Assembly: GCA_963668675.2 (NCBI GenBank)
Contig: CAXXMB010000002.1
Span: 416,001-480,000 of the forward strand
DNA: 64,000 bases
Direction of reading: 5' to 3'
Source: an uncultured Desulfatitalea sp.
GTDB taxonomy: Bacteria > Desulfobacterota > Desulfobacteria > Desulfobacterales > Desulfosarcinaceae
Position 1 is the stretch's first letter. The number at the start of each line of letters is the position of its first letter. The notes under the pieces are model-generated. The model was given only the letters and a program-made list of their open reading frames with translations, had not been told where the DNA came from and searched no databases. Made by a program: the position numbers and the translations under genes. Positions 41,548 to 51,653 of the stretch are shown one piece after another.

Positions 41548-42204
41548 CTACTTTGACCGATATTCGTCAAAGCGGGCCATGAACTCCTTTGCAGGCAAGG
41601 CGCCCTCCCGCAGCATGGTCGGTTTCAGTCCGGTAATGTCGGCGACGGTCGAACCCGGGCCGCCGGCCAGTGGGCCGGCGTCGAGCACCAGGTCGACTGC
41701 ATCGAGAACGACCTTGTCGATCTGGTCGATCCTTGCACATCCGCCGGTGCCTGAGATGTTGGCGCTGGTTCCGGTGAGGGGCGTTCCCAGCCGGCGTACG
41801 AGGGCGGCCGCCACGGGGTGACGGACCCAGCGCACGCCTACCTTGTGGCTGCCGCCGGTCAACCGTGGAGGGATGCCGGGACGAGCCGGTACGATGAAGG
41901 TGACGCCGCCCGGCCAGAAATGGTTCATCAGTTTGCGACCGGCCGGAGTGATTTCTCCGGAGACGCTGTCGAGCATCTCCATGCTGTCGATGAGGACGAG
42001 CAATGCTTTTTGGGTGTCGCGGCGTTTGATCCGGTAGATCCTGTCCAATGCGCCGGGGTTGAAGGCATCGGCCGCCAATCCGTAGAGGCCGGAGGTAGGG
42101 ATGATCACCACCCCGCCCTGACGAATCAGGGCGGCGGCGGTGGCGATGATTTCTTCGTCGGGATGGCGGGCATCCACGGTGACGATGTTAGCGGTAGACT
42201 TCAA
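41548..42204 (-). CDS. tsaC: L-threonylcarbamoyladenylate synthase (Sua5/YrdC)
   Basis: PTSGLYGLAAD, IKRR, FWPG, TGTSANISG, STVAD, LREGA. Confidence 0.92.
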   Translation of the reverse strand: MKSTANIVTVDARHPDEEIIATAAALIRQGGVVIIPTSGLYGLAADAFNPGALDRIYRIKRRDTQKALLVLIDSMEMLDSVSGEITPAGRKLMNHFWPGGVTFIVPARPGIPPRLTGGSHKVGVRWVRHPVAAALVRRLGTPLTGTSANISGTGGCARIDQIDKVVLDAVDLVLDAGPLAGGPGSTVADITGLKPTMLREGALPAKEFMARFDEYRSK

Positions 42205-43960
42205 GGCGTTTGGCTTTGCGCTCGACCTCTGCGGCCATCTGCTGTTTGTATTCGGCCAGCAGGGCAGCCAGTTCGGGGTTGCTGACGGCCAGGATCTGAA
42301 CGGCCAGGATGCCGGCGTTCTTGGCGCCCGGTTTGCCTACGGCCAAGGTGGCCACGGGGATGCCCGGGGGCATCTGCACGGTGGAGAGCAGCGCGTCGAG
42401 GCCTTGCAGGCTGGATGAGTCGATGGGCACGCCGATGACCGGCAGTGAGGTCTGGGCGGCCATGGCCCCGGCCAGATGGGCGGCGTGGCCTGCGCCGGCG
42501 ATGATTACCTTGATGCCGCGTTCGGCGGCTGTAGAAGCAAATTGGGCCGCGCGCTCGGGGGTGCGGTGGGCCGATGCGACGGTCATCTCAAAGGGGACGC
42601 CGAACTTCTTGAGCATGGCCACGGCGCCCTCCATCACCGGCAGGTCCGAGTCGCTGCCCATGACGATGCCCACCTGGGGCTTGACCTGGAAGCGCCTCAG
42701 GGCCTTGAGGCCGATGTCCTTACGGTAGTGGGCGTTTTGCCAGCTGATCTTGGCCACGGCCTGGTACGCCTTTTCGATGGCCTTTTCGACATTGTCGCCC
42801 AGGGCGGTCACGCCCAGCACCCGGCCGCCGTTGGCAACGATGGTTTTGCCTTTCTTATCGGTACCGGCATGGAAAACGACCACATCCTTCATGCGCTTGA
42901 CCTTGTCCAGGCCGCTGATGGGCAGGCCCTTCTTGTACTTGCCGGGATAACCGCCGGCGGCCATCACCACACAGACCGTGGCGCGAGGGTCGATGTCGAG
43001 TTGGCAGCGGTCCAGGCGCTCGTCGATGATCGCCTCCATGATGGGAACCAGGTCGCTCTTGAGACGCATGAGCAGGGGCTGGGCTTCGGGGTCGCCGAAG
43101 CGGCCGTTGAATTCGAGCACCTTGATGCGGTCGCGATCGATCATCAGGCCGGCGTAGAGGACGCCTTTGTAGGGCCGGCCTTCGGCGGCCATGCCGCGCA
43201 CGGTGGGCAGCATCACCTCTTTCATCACTTTGTCGTGCATGAACTGGTCGACCACCGGGGCGGGGGTGTAGGCGCCCATGCCGCCGGTGTTGAGTCCTTT
43301 GTCGTCGTCGAAGACCGGTTTGTGGTCCTGGGAGGTGGGCAGGGGCAGGACGGTCTTGCCATCGGTGAAGGCGAGGAAGGAGGCCTCTTCGCCCACCAGA
43401 CACTCCTCGACCACCACCTGTTTGCCGGCGTCGCCGAAATCTTTGTCGATCATGATCTGCTTTAGGGCGGCGATGGCCTTGGCCACGGTGTCGCAGACGA
43501 TGACGCCCTTGCCGGCGGCCAGTCCGTCGGCTTTGACCACGATGGGAGCGCCCACTTTCTTGATGTAGGCTTCGGCCTTTTTATAGGTGGTGAAGGCCTC
43601 GCCCTCGGCCGTGGGCACACCGTATTTGGTCATGATGTGCTTGGCAAACGATTTGCTGGCTTCGATGGCGGCCGCTTTCTGGCTGGCGCCGAAGATCCGC
43701 AACCCCTCCTGCTCGAAGCGGTCGACGATCCCCATGGAGAGGGGGTCTTCGGGGCCGACCACGGTGAGGTCGATCTTTTTCTGGCGCGCGAAGGCCAGCA
43801 GTTGGTCCAGGTCCCCGGCGCTGATGGGCACGCACTCGGCCAGCTCGGAGATGCCGGCGTTGCCCGGTGCGCAGTAGATCTTCTTTACCAGCGGGCTTTG
43901 ATGAATTTTCCAAACCATTGCATGTTCGCGTCCGCCGCCGCCGACCACCAATACTTTCAT
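42188..43960 (-). CDS. purD: Fused phosphoribosylamine-glycine ligase / N5-CAIR mutase (PurD-PurE)
   Basis: GGGGREHA, KADGLAAGKGV, NTGGMG, RFGDPE, then GIVMGSDSD, SAHRTP, STVQMPPGIPV. Confidence 0.95.
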   Translation of the reverse strand: MKVLVVGGGGREHAMVWKIHQSPLVKKIYCAPGNAGISELAECVPISAGDLDQLLAFARQKKIDLTVVGPEDPLSMGIVDRFEQEGLRIFGASQKAAAIEASKSFAKHIMTKYGVPTAEGEAFTTYKKAEAYIKKVGAPIVVKADGLAAGKGVIVCDTVAKAIAALKQIMIDKDFGDAGKQVVVEECLVGEEASFLAFTDGKTVLPLPTSQDHKPVFDDDKGLNTGGMGAYTPAPVVDQFMHDKVMKEVMLPTVRGMAAEGRPYKGVLYAGLMIDRDRIKVLEFNGRFGDPEAQPLLMRLKSDLVPIMEAIIDERLDRCQLDIDPRATVCVVMAAGGYPGKYKKGLPISGLDKVKRMKDVVVFHAGTDKKGKTIVANGGRVLGVTALGDNVEKAIEKAYQAVAKISWQNAHYRKDIGLKALRRFQVKPQVGIVMGSDSDLPVMEGAVAMLKKFGVPFEMTVASAHRTPERAAQFASTAAERGIKVIIAGAGHAAHLAGAMAAQTSLPVIGVPIDSSSLQGLDALLSTVQMPPGIPVATLAVGKPGAKNAGILAVQILAVSNPELAALLAEYKQQMAAEVERKAKRLEVYR

Positions 43961-44049
43961 CGTCTACCTCCCCTTTTGGCTATTGAGATATGTTTCGGCC
44001 GTTATTTGTAACACGTTGTCATTTTTATAGGGTGTTTGTGCCACATTGC

Positions 44050-44075
44050 CGGGCGGGCGTAAAGCCCGCCCCTAC
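44050..44075. repeat. GTAG-family REP element
   Basis: CGGGCGGGCGTAAAGCCCGCCCCTAC. Confidence 0.7.
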
Positions 44076-44169
44076 GAGGTCCAAACACTATAGCGTGACT
44101 ATTAACGTCATAGTTGATATCTGAACGCAGATTGAAACGCTTGCTGAGCCAATATCTATAAAGAGCGAT

Positions 44170-44919
44170 CTATGCCGATTCCACTACCAGTTTTTCCAAA
44201 TGGTCCTGCTTCATTTTGGCCAGCTCGGTGCCCGAGACGGTCGCACCATGAAGACCGCCTTTGAGGCTCAGTTCGGAGAGATAGGTCTTGCCGTCCCGGG
44301 TGATCATCAGATCGATGTGGGCGTAGGGCATCTGTGCCCGGGTCATGATCTCCATGCAGAGCGTTTTCTGTTCTGCACTCAGTGTGTGGGGCCGGCTCTC
44401 ACCGCCGGTGGCCAGGTTCATGCGGAAGCCGTGGGGGTTGCTGCGCGCATAGGCCTCCCAGTAGTCGCCCACCGCGATGATGCGCAGGTCCGTTTCGATC
44501 TCTATAAACGGCTGCAGTACGAACGGGTAGTGACGGTCATCCAGGGTGAGGCAGTTGTACAGGGTCTCGAGTTGATCCCACTTGCGCACCCCGTGGCCAC
44601 AGTGCTGGTGTTCGGACTTGGTGACCGCGGTTGTGATGCCATTGCGCTGGTAGTCGATGATGGCATCGAGCAGCGCCTTGCGCCGATGGATCACGCGTGT
44701 GTCGGGGGCCATCCAGCGTTTGAGTACGAATGCCTGGGCCGATTTGGAGGCGCTCAATGTCTGGGCGTTGGCCGACGGCAGCAGCCGCACGCCGCGCGCA
44801 GCCAGGTCGATCATGATGGCCGATTTCAAATAGGTCGACGGCACCTGGCCCAAAAACAGATCGCCGGGGCCTAGGTCGTCGAACACCTGGGTTAACTCAC
44901 TGAATCGTTTAATGATCAT
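44170..44919 (-). CDS. RimK-like ATP-grasp protein
   Basis: PFVLQPFI, DLRII, FRMNLATGG, AHIDLM, YLSE. Confidence 0.8.
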   Translation of the reverse strand: MIIKRFSELTQVFDDLGPGDLFLGQVPSTYLKSAIMIDLAARGVRLLPSANAQTLSASKSAQAFVLKRWMAPDTRVIHRRKALLDAIIDYQRNGITTAVTKSEHQHCGHGVRKWDQLETLYNCLTLDDRHYPFVLQPFIEIETDLRIIAVGDYWEAYARSNPHGFRMNLATGGESRPHTLSAEQKTLCMEIMTRAQMPYAHIDLMITRDGKTYLSELSLKGGLHGATVSGTELAKMKQDHLEKLVVESA

Positions 44920-44925
44920 ATCGTT

Positions 44926-45864
44926 TTATCGATTATGGTGGGCTTGAATGCCAAGTTCGATCAGTTGATCGAGCAGTTGGCCGAATGAGATGCCCGCCGT
45001 TTGAGCGGCCTGGGGGAACAGGCTGGTGGGTGTCATACCAGGTATCGTATTGGTTTCCAACACAAAAAATTGGTCGCCGCGCAGCATCATGTCGGTGCGG
45101 CTGTAACCTTTGCAAAAGAGCGCCTGGTGGGCGCGTCGGGCGTAGGATTGGGCCTTTTCGGTCAGTTCCGGGCTGATGCGGGCCGGACAGATCTCCTGGG
45201 TTTCGCCGGCGACGTACTTGGCCTGGTAATCGAAAAAGGGGTGGCGCTTGTCCGGAATGATCTCGATGAGCGGAAGGGCCTGGGGATCGTCATTACCCAG
45301 CACGCTGCCGGTGATCTCGACACCTTCGATGAAGCCCTCGATCAGGGCGGAGGCGTCCTGCTCCAGAGCGGTTTCGATGGCCTGGGGCAACTCTTCTGCC
45401 GTGTGGACGATGCTCATACCGATGCTTGAGCCGCCGGCCACCGGCTTGACCACCAGGGGCAGCCCCAGTCTCTCAATGATCTGATCGATCGGTTCGCCAC
45501 TGGACCGGCTCACCACGGCGTATGGCGGCACCGGGAGCCCGGCGCGTTCGTAAAGTTGCTTTGCAGCCAGCTTGTTCATGCACAGGGCGCTGGCAAGAAC
45601 CCCGGCCCCCTGGTAGGGGATATCGAGCAGTTCGAGCAGCCCCTGGACGGTACCGTCTTCACCATAGGGGCCGTGCAGGATGATCAAAGCGGCGTCGATC
45701 TGATCCGCTTCGCTGACGAGCCGGGGAAGATCGGTCTGGGGATCGTAGCGCCGCACGTCGTATTTCTCTTTGTCGAGCGCCTGGAAAACCTGTTCGCCGC
45801 TTTTGAGGGATACGTCTCTTTCAGAGGAGATGCCGCCGCTGAGCAGAGCGATACTCTTTTTCAT
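44926..45864 (-). CDS. ddl: D-alanine--D-alanine ligase
   Basis: GGISSERDVSLKSG, LHGPYGEDG, GSSIG, FDYQAKY, LETNTIPGMT. Confidence 0.96.
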   Translation of the reverse strand: MKKSIALLSGGISSERDVSLKSGEQVFQALDKEKYDVRRYDPQTDLPRLVSEADQIDAALIILHGPYGEDGTVQGLLELLDIPYQGAGVLASALCMNKLAAKQLYERAGLPVPPYAVVSRSSGEPIDQIIERLGLPLVVKPVAGGSSIGMSIVHTAEELPQAIETALEQDASALIEGFIEGVEITGSVLGNDDPQALPLIEIIPDKRHPFFDYQAKYVAGETQEICPARISPELTEKAQSYARRAHQALFCKGYSRTDMMLRGDQFFVLETNTIPGMTPTSLFPQAAQTAGISFGQLLDQLIELGIQAHHNR

Positions 45865-45904
45865 GGGAGTCCTTCTTTGTAGAAGTTATGCAAAGCTACA
45901 AAAA

Positions 45905-46408
45905 CTACAAATCGATCGGTTCATCGCGGCCCAGCACGCGCCGCTTGGCACTGGCAAACTCTTCGGGGGTGATCAAATTCTTCTCGAGCAGCTGGGCCAG
46001 CTCCTTGATCTCCCGAATGCACTTCTCTTCGGGGCCTTCGAGGGCCAGGGGCGTTTGGCCGTTGCCCGCCTCGATGGCCGGCGGCTGGGTAGGCGCCCCT
46101 AGCCGGAGGGAGGCCATACCGCCCAGAAAGCTCACCTCCATGGAGCGGCCCTGGAACATGGGCGACTGCATCGCCTCTTTCAGAGAGCGCCCCTCTTTGC
46201 GCAGTTTGCGGTAGAAGAGATAGGCCGAAAGGGCGACCAGGCCCATACCGGCGATCACGATCCAGAAGAGATACTGCACCATACCACCGAAAAAAAGCAC
46301 CAGCAAGCCGAGACCGGCCAGCAGCAGCACATGCAGGATGAGAATGGTATAGGCCAGTATAATGCTTTTGAACAGACCTTCACGGTTGTTTTTGCTTGTT
46401 GTAGACAT
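45905..46408 (-). CDS. Membrane protein with C-terminal SHOCT domain
   Basis: Two TM helices; IKELAQLLEKNLITPEEFASAKRRVL. Confidence 0.8.
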   Translation of the reverse strand: MSTTSKNNREGLFKSIILAYTILILHVLLLAGLGLLVLFFGGMVQYLFWIVIAGMGLVALSAYLFYRKLRKEGRSLKEAMQSPMFQGRSMEVSFLGGMASLRLGAPTQPPAIEAGNGQTPLALEGPEEKCIREIKELAQLLEKNLITPEEFASAKRRVLGRDEPIDL

Positions 46409-46444
46409 CTTCTCACTTACTGCCGGAACGGACTATCGGCAGGA

Positions 46445-46837
46445 TCAGCGTCTCTTTTGTTCCGCTTTGGAGGCCAAGCGCTCGGTGACGCCCGAGATGT
46501 ATTGCTGGGGGAGATCGTACTGGACGTTGCCCTGGCGTGTCATGTTCAGTTTCATGATCAGGTAGTTGAGTTTTTTCAGCGTGGTATAGCGAGCCGCCGT
46601 GTCGGGCATCTGGGCCAGCAGCTCTTCGGTGCGATGGATCTCCTTCTTGATCTCGATCTCCGGCGGAAGGCAGTCGGCATTCTTCAAAATCTTGTAAGCA
46701 AGGCGCAGATCCTCAGGGATATGGCTGTCCTGGGCAAGATTGAGTGGTTGCCCGGCCCCATGGAGATTGTTGAACACCCCCTTCTCCTGAGCCTTTCGGA
46801 TGCGCTCCTCCACGATCTTTTCAAATCCGGTAATCAT
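46445..46837 (-). CDS. DUF1992 family protein
   Basis: IVEERIRKAQEKGVFNNLHGAGQPL...LAYKILKNADCLPPE. Confidence 0.88.
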   Translation of the reverse strand: MITGFEKIVEERIRKAQEKGVFNNLHGAGQPLNLAQDSHIPEDLRLAYKILKNADCLPPEIEIKKEIHRTEELLAQMPDTAARYTTLKKLNYLIMKLNMTRQGNVQYDLPQQYISGVTERLASKAEQKRR

Positions 46838-47016
46838 ATGCTCCTCAAAAGCGACCTGCGGATGCCCGCGCGCCTCTGTCTGTTAAAAAGTGGAATATAA
46901 TACATTGGATTCGCGATTTTCAAGGTCTATTCATTTGCATTTAAAAATTTGACAGTGAGGGGTCTTGGTGCTAGTTTGCTTCAGCCTTTTTTATAGAAGC
47001 GAGGTCCATTGAACTG

Positions 47017-47355
47017 ATGAGCAACGAATCAACTTCGAACAGAAAATCGCGAGAGCACGACCGGCGTACCGCTTACATCATTGCTGAATATACGGTAAAA
47101 GAGGGCGTGTTCCGCGATATCATCAAAAATATCGGGCCGAACGGTATCTTCATAGGCACCCGGCGGGCGATCGATGAAGACCAGGAGATTGTCCTGAGAT
47201 TTCCGCTTTTCAACTTCGATCACCAGATAGAGGTGAAGGGCCGCGTCACGCGAAGCGGGCCGCACGGTTTCGCGGTGGCACTCGGCGAACCTTTGGACGG
47301 GCTGATCCGGGAAGATGGACATCTATCTGATATCGTTCATGAAATAGACCGATAA
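47017..47355 (+). CDS. PilZ domain protein
   Basis: REHDR and NIGPNG motifs. Confidence 0.8.
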   Translation: MSNESTSNRKSREHDRRTAYIIAEYTVKEGVFRDIIKNIGPNGIFIGTRRAIDEDQEIVLRFPLFNFDHQIEVKGRVTRSGPHGFAVALGEPLDGLIREDGHLSDIVHEIDR

Positions 47356-47370
47356 CCCACCAAGATGGAT

Positions 47371-48243
47371 TCAAGCCTTCGACCGGTAAAACGTTTGCAG
47401 GATCCGAGCGGTTTCGGACGGCCTCTCCATGGGGACGAGATGGCCGGCGCCTTCGACCTCAAGGTAGGCCCCTTCGGGTATCAGGCTGGCGATACGCTTC
47501 AGATCGATAAACGGCTTGTTCTCACTGCGCTCCCCCTCCACGACCAGCACCGGGCCCTCCACTCTGGCCAGCTCCGGCCACGGATCGTGCTGCAGGCTGC
47601 CCATGAAGAGCGCCGCTTCACGGCCCGGCGGGCAGGTGAGGCTGACGCCGTCTCCGTTGTTAGCGGTGATGCCGTGTTCGATATAGAGTGATAACACCTC
47701 TTCATCCCACGACTGGAAAAAGGGTTTACCCCTCCAATCGTCCCGCACCTCTTCGCGGTCGCGCCAGCTGTTGCGCCGCTTGATCGCTTTTGCGGCCATG
47801 GGGTGCTCCTCGGCGGCAATCTGCAGCCCGTACATCTCCTGGGGCAGAAAGATCGGTTCGATGAGCACCATCTTCTTCACGGGCAGGCCATGAAGGGTGT
47901 GGGCCAGGGTTGCCACGGCCGCCCCCATGGAGTGACCGACCAGCAGGGGGCGCTCCAGTTGCAGCCGGTCGCACAACAGTTTCATGTCGCCACCCAGGTC
48001 GCGCCACCCCAACCAGGCCTTGTCGGAATCGACGCAGCGGTAGTTGCACAGGTAGGGGGCGATCACCCGGTACGTTCGGGAGAGGTCGCGAGCAATGGGG
48101 TGCCACAGCCAGGGCATGAAGCCGGTGGCGTGCAGCATCAGCAGCGGCGGGCCGTCGCCGCCATAGTCCAGATATTCAATCTCCATATCGCCAATGGATT
48201 GGTGTCGCAGGGTGGGGTGTATCATCTTTCCGTTCTTCTCCAT
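47371..48243 (-). CDS. Alpha/beta hydrolase
   Basis: LHATG, GHSMG, AGHLVPME. Confidence 0.92.
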   Translation of the reverse strand: MEKNGKMIHPTLRHQSIGDMEIEYLDYGGDGPPLLMLHATGFMPWLWHPIARDLSRTYRVIAPYLCNYRCVDSDKAWLGWRDLGGDMKLLCDRLQLERPLLVGHSMGAAVATLAHTLHGLPVKKMVLIEPIFLPQEMYGLQIAAEEHPMAAKAIKRRNSWRDREEVRDDWRGKPFFQSWDEEVLSLYIEHGITANNGDGVSLTCPPGREAALFMGSLQHDPWPELARVEGPVLVVEGERSENKPFIDLKRIASLIPEGAYLEVEGAGHLVPMERPSETARILQTFYRSKA

Positions 48244-48281
48244 TCATTTGACATATCTGCTTTAACCGTCAGCAGATGTTA

Positions 48282-48363
48282 CGGGCGGGCAAAAAGCCCG
48301 CCCCTACAATTTGGTGCATTTTGTTGTAACGACCTTCATAGGAGCGGGCTTCATGACCGCCCG
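48282..48363. repeat. GTAG-family REP doublet
   Basis: CGGGCGGGCAAAAAGCCCGCCCCTAC and ATAGGAGCGGGCTTCATGACCGCCCG. Confidence 0.65.
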
Positions 48364-48429
48364 AACAGATCACGCCAATAGCTTGTTGCGCCCTTGTTAT
48401 GCCATGGTTACGCCTTGGTTAAGAATAGA

Positions 48430-49137
48430 TCAATGGGGATTGCGGCCTTTGTACTCTTCAGCTTCCCGCGATTCAAGCGTCTGCCATAACTCCCGGGCCG
48501 CTTCATATCCCGGATCACCGACCTTGATCTGACGCAGCTGCCGGCGGGCGTGTTCCCAACGGCTCTGGTTCAAATAGAGGCGGATCAGCGATAGGCGCGC
48601 CTCCGTATGTGTGCTGTCCAGGCGCAGAGTAGCGAGCAGGGCCGCTTCGGCTTCCGCCTCACGACCGGCCAGTTGGTTCGTCACCCCCAGACCGAAGAAG
48701 TTGTCGGGGTTATCTGGATCCAACTGCGTGGCCCGGTTGAGCGTCTTTACTGCCCGCTCGGTATCGCCTTGATCCGCATACGCCATTCCCAGGTTGAAGT
48801 AGAGCCGATCGTCATCGGTGTATCCGCACGTGATGGCCGCTTCGTAAAAATGGATCTCCCTGGCGCGATTGCCAAGTTGTCCCCAAATATAGCCCAGGTG
48901 GTAAAGGGCCAGGCAGTTGCCGGGCTCCGACGCGATCAGTCGCTCATGTGTCTTGCGGGCCAGCTCCCAATCGCCCTGGGCGACCGCCTCATCGGCGACC
49001 GGATCGCACTGCCGGATGGGCTTGGGGGACGGAGTCTGGGCTGCACAGGCGACCAGCAGCACCATCGACACGAGTGCCGGCAGCAGGCAAATCGATCTGC
49101 CCAGGGATAGGTGAAGTGGGGCTTTTGGGAGTAGCAT
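48430..49137 (-). CDS. TPR-repeat lipoprotein
   Basis: Lipobox LVAC; LYFNLGMAY, NFFGLG. Confidence 0.85.
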   Translation of the reverse strand: MLLPKAPLHLSLGRSICLLPALVSMVLLVACAAQTPSPKPIRQCDPVADEAVAQGDWELARKTHERLIASEPGNCLALYHLGYIWGQLGNRAREIHFYEAAITCGYTDDDRLYFNLGMAYADQGDTERAVKTLNRATQLDPDNPDNFFGLGVTNQLAGREAEAEAALLATLRLDSTHTEARLSLIRLYLNQSRWEHARRQLRQIKVGDPGYEAARELWQTLESREAEEYKGRNPH

Positions 49138-49445
49138 CGGTTAAGTATCCTCATTGCGCCTGGCCATCTCCCGGTGCTCTTAAGAGAAGGCCGAACCGGT
49201 TATAATGGATTGAAGATAAGCCACGCAATCCAGGGCGGTCAAGGGGAAAGCAAGTGGCCTATCTGCCACAGTGACCGTGCCGCTTCAGACGCAAATGCGA
49301 TCCGACGCCACTCTCGGCGCCCTGTATATGCATCGATAGCAGTTGGGCCGGATAAGATGATTAGTGTCTATTTTTCAGTGCCTTAAAACCCATACGCAGT
49401 TATGGCAGCCGTCGGACGGTTTTCCCGGCGACCACCGAAAATAAA

Positions 49446-49462
49446 TGGGCACGCCTATTGCT
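49446..49462 (+). promoter_or_regulatory. Putative sigma54 promoter
   Basis: GGCACGCCTATTGCT (GG-N10-GC) upstream of the DUF3108 gene. Confidence 0.6.
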
Positions 49463-49551
49463 ACTTGCACAAGTGCGGGCGCTGTGGTTTTTTTAGGTTT
49501 TAGGTCAAACGATCGCCTCACAGGCCGCCTGGCGGCCCGCAGAGGGAGAGA

Positions 49552-50340
49552 GTGATGCATAAAAAACAGATGTTGTCCCGACACATAGCCACCTGGATCG
49601 TGTGCGCGGTGCTGTGCGCCGGCTTCGCCTCTGCGGAAGCGAATAGCGCGGGCATGCCCTTTGCGCCCGGGGAGCGGCTCGAGTATGACCTGCGCTGGGA
49701 AAATGTGCCGGCCGGCAAGGCGCGCATGGAGGTGAGCTCCATCAAAACCTTCAATGGCGAAAAGGTCTACCACTTTGTGCTGACGGCCCAATCCAACGCC
49801 TTCATCGATCTCTTCTACAAGGTACGCGACCGTATCGATGCCTATGCCGATTTGGACATGACCTGTTCACGGCACTATGAGAAGAGGCAACATGAGGGCC
49901 GTCACAAGAAAGATATCGTGGTCACCTTTGACTGGGAGAACAGCCGCGCCCGTTACTCCAGTCGCGGAAGGGCCGGTGGCGCTATTGAACTGCTGGAAGG
50001 GAGTTTCGATCCCCTCTCGGCATTCTACTTCAGCCGGACGATCGATCTGGATGTCGGGCATCAACTCGAAAGGCCCATCACGGATGGCAAGAAGAATGTC
50101 ATCGGACAGTTGAACGTGATCGGCAGGGAGACCATCACGCTCCAAAACGGCGACCGCTACGACACCTATCTGGTCGAGCCTGAGTTGAACCAGGTGAGCG
50201 GTGTGTTCAAGGAGAGCAAAGGCGCCAAGATCCGCATTTGGGTGACGGCCGACGAGCGGCGCATCCCGGTGAGGGTCATGAGCAAGGTGGTGGTGGGGCA
50301 CTTCATCGGTGAACTCATTTCGGCCGAAACCGTGCACTGA
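49552..50340 (+). CDS. DUF3108 family exported protein
   Basis: Signal peptide; PFAPGERLEY, DPLSAFY, IWVTADERRIPV. Confidence 0.85.
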   Translation: MMHKKQMLSRHIATWIVCAVLCAGFASAEANSAGMPFAPGERLEYDLRWENVPAGKARMEVSSIKTFNGEKVYHFVLTAQSNAFIDLFYKVRDRIDAYADLDMTCSRHYEKRQHEGRHKKDIVVTFDWENSRARYSSRGRAGGAIELLEGSFDPLSAFYFSRTIDLDVGHQLERPITDGKKNVIGQLNVIGRETITLQNGDRYDTYLVEPELNQVSGVFKESKGAKIRIWVTADERRIPVRVMSKVVVGHFIGELISAETVH

Positions 50341-50345
50341 CCGGT

Positions 50346-51236
50346 TCAGACGCGTCTCCCGAGGGCGCGGTTGCGAATCAAACCCTCCTGGGCCACTGTG
50401 GCCGCCAACGTTCCCTCCCGGGTGAAGATCCGCCCGAAGCTCAGCCCCCTCGCCTTACAGGCATTGGGGGTATCCATGACATAGAGCAGCCAATCGTCCA
50501 TACGAAAATCGCGGTGGAACCACATGGCGTGGTCTAAGCTGGCCACCTGCATATCCGGCTCCCAATAGGTGTGGCCATGGTGCTGCAGGGAGGCGGCCAT
50601 CAGATTGAAATCGGAGGCATAGGCCAGTAAATAGCGATGGGCGGCGCGTTCGTCGGGCATGTCGTCGATGGCCCTGAACCAGAGGTATCGCCGCGAAGGC
50701 ATCGGTTTGGGGGCAAAGGGATCGATGGGGTTCACATGGCGAAATTCGATCGGTTTTTCGCACATCATGCGGGCGCGGGTCCTGGGGGCAATCTTGTCTG
50801 CCCACTGCGCCATCTCCTCCAGCTCCGACACAAAATTCTCAGGCCCCGGCACGTCGGGCATCGCATCCTGGTGGTCAAACCCCGGTTCATCGATCTGGAA
50901 CGATGCCGACATGGAGAAGATCGCCTGCCCCTTCTGCAGCGCAACGACCCTTCGAGTGGTGAAGCTATTGCCGTCCCGAATTCGGTCGACGCTGTAGACG
51001 ATCGGCAGGGCCGGATCACCCGGGCGCATGAAGTAGGCGTGGATGCTGTGGGCGGCGCGGGCCGCCGGGACGGTGTGCGAGGCGGCGGAGAGGGCCTGGC
51101 CCAGCACCTGCCCTCCGAAAACGTTGCCGAACCCGAGGTTCTGGCTCTGTCCCCGGTAGATATTCTCTTCGATTTTCTCCAGCTTCAGGAGCGTTAAGAG
51201 CTCCTCCAACACGTTGCCGGTGCTGCATGTCGTCAT
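50346..51236 (-). CDS. tesB: Acyl-CoA thioesterase II
   Basis: VFGGQVLGQAL, HSIHAYF, YASD, ASLDHAMWFH, QEGLIR. Confidence 0.93.
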   Translation of the reverse strand: MTTCSTGNVLEELLTLLKLEKIEENIYRGQSQNLGFGNVFGGQVLGQALSAASHTVPAARAAHSIHAYFMRPGDPALPIVYSVDRIRDGNSFTTRRVVALQKGQAIFSMSASFQIDEPGFDHQDAMPDVPGPENFVSELEEMAQWADKIAPRTRARMMCEKPIEFRHVNPIDPFAPKPMPSRRYLWFRAIDDMPDERAAHRYLLAYASDFNLMAASLQHHGHTYWEPDMQVASLDHAMWFHRDFRMDDWLLYVMDTPNACKARGLSFGRIFTREGTLAATVAQEGLIRNRALGRRV

Positions 51237-51356
51237 GGTATGGCGCCCCCCTGTCGATGAGAGATTGGGATCTCTTGCCGTCTCTGGATGGATACGGGGA
51301 ACGAGCGGCGGATATCCTATCTTAACACGCATCACCGTTTTGGCAACATGTGGTCG

Positions 51357-51653
51357 TCACTCGACGATGGTGGCGCGATAGGTACCCGCATCACGCAGAT
51401 GCTGCTCCATCTGCTCGATGGTGATCTTTGCCGGGTTATATACCACCCTGTTGACCTCTTTGAACCGACGCCAGCCCTTCTCCACTGAGAGTACGCCTGG
51501 CTGCCCCTCCAGGGCAGCAACACCCACGTCGTATCAGGCGACCTCGAAGGTGATGTGGGCGGTTTCCGCCAGGGCGGGAGCCACGGGGCTTGCGCTGAGG
51601 AGAACGAGCATTCCCAGCAACATGAAAAGCGATTTCATGATCCATTTCATCAT
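51357..51653 (-). CDS. Small exported HMA-like protein, predicted selenoprotein (Sec at codon 40, TGA 51534-51536)
   Basis: AGGAGG RBS; MMKWIMKSLFMLLGMLVLLSASPVAPALA-ETAHITFEVA-U-YDVGVAALEGQPGVLSVEKGWRRFKEVNRVVYNPAKITIEQMEQHLRDAGTYRATIVE; SECIS-like hairpin after the TGA. Confidence 0.78.
51500..51518 (-). promoter_or_regulatory. Putative SECIS hairpin
   Basis: GCTGCCC-TGGAG-GGGCAGC 15 nt after UGA. Confidence 0.68.
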
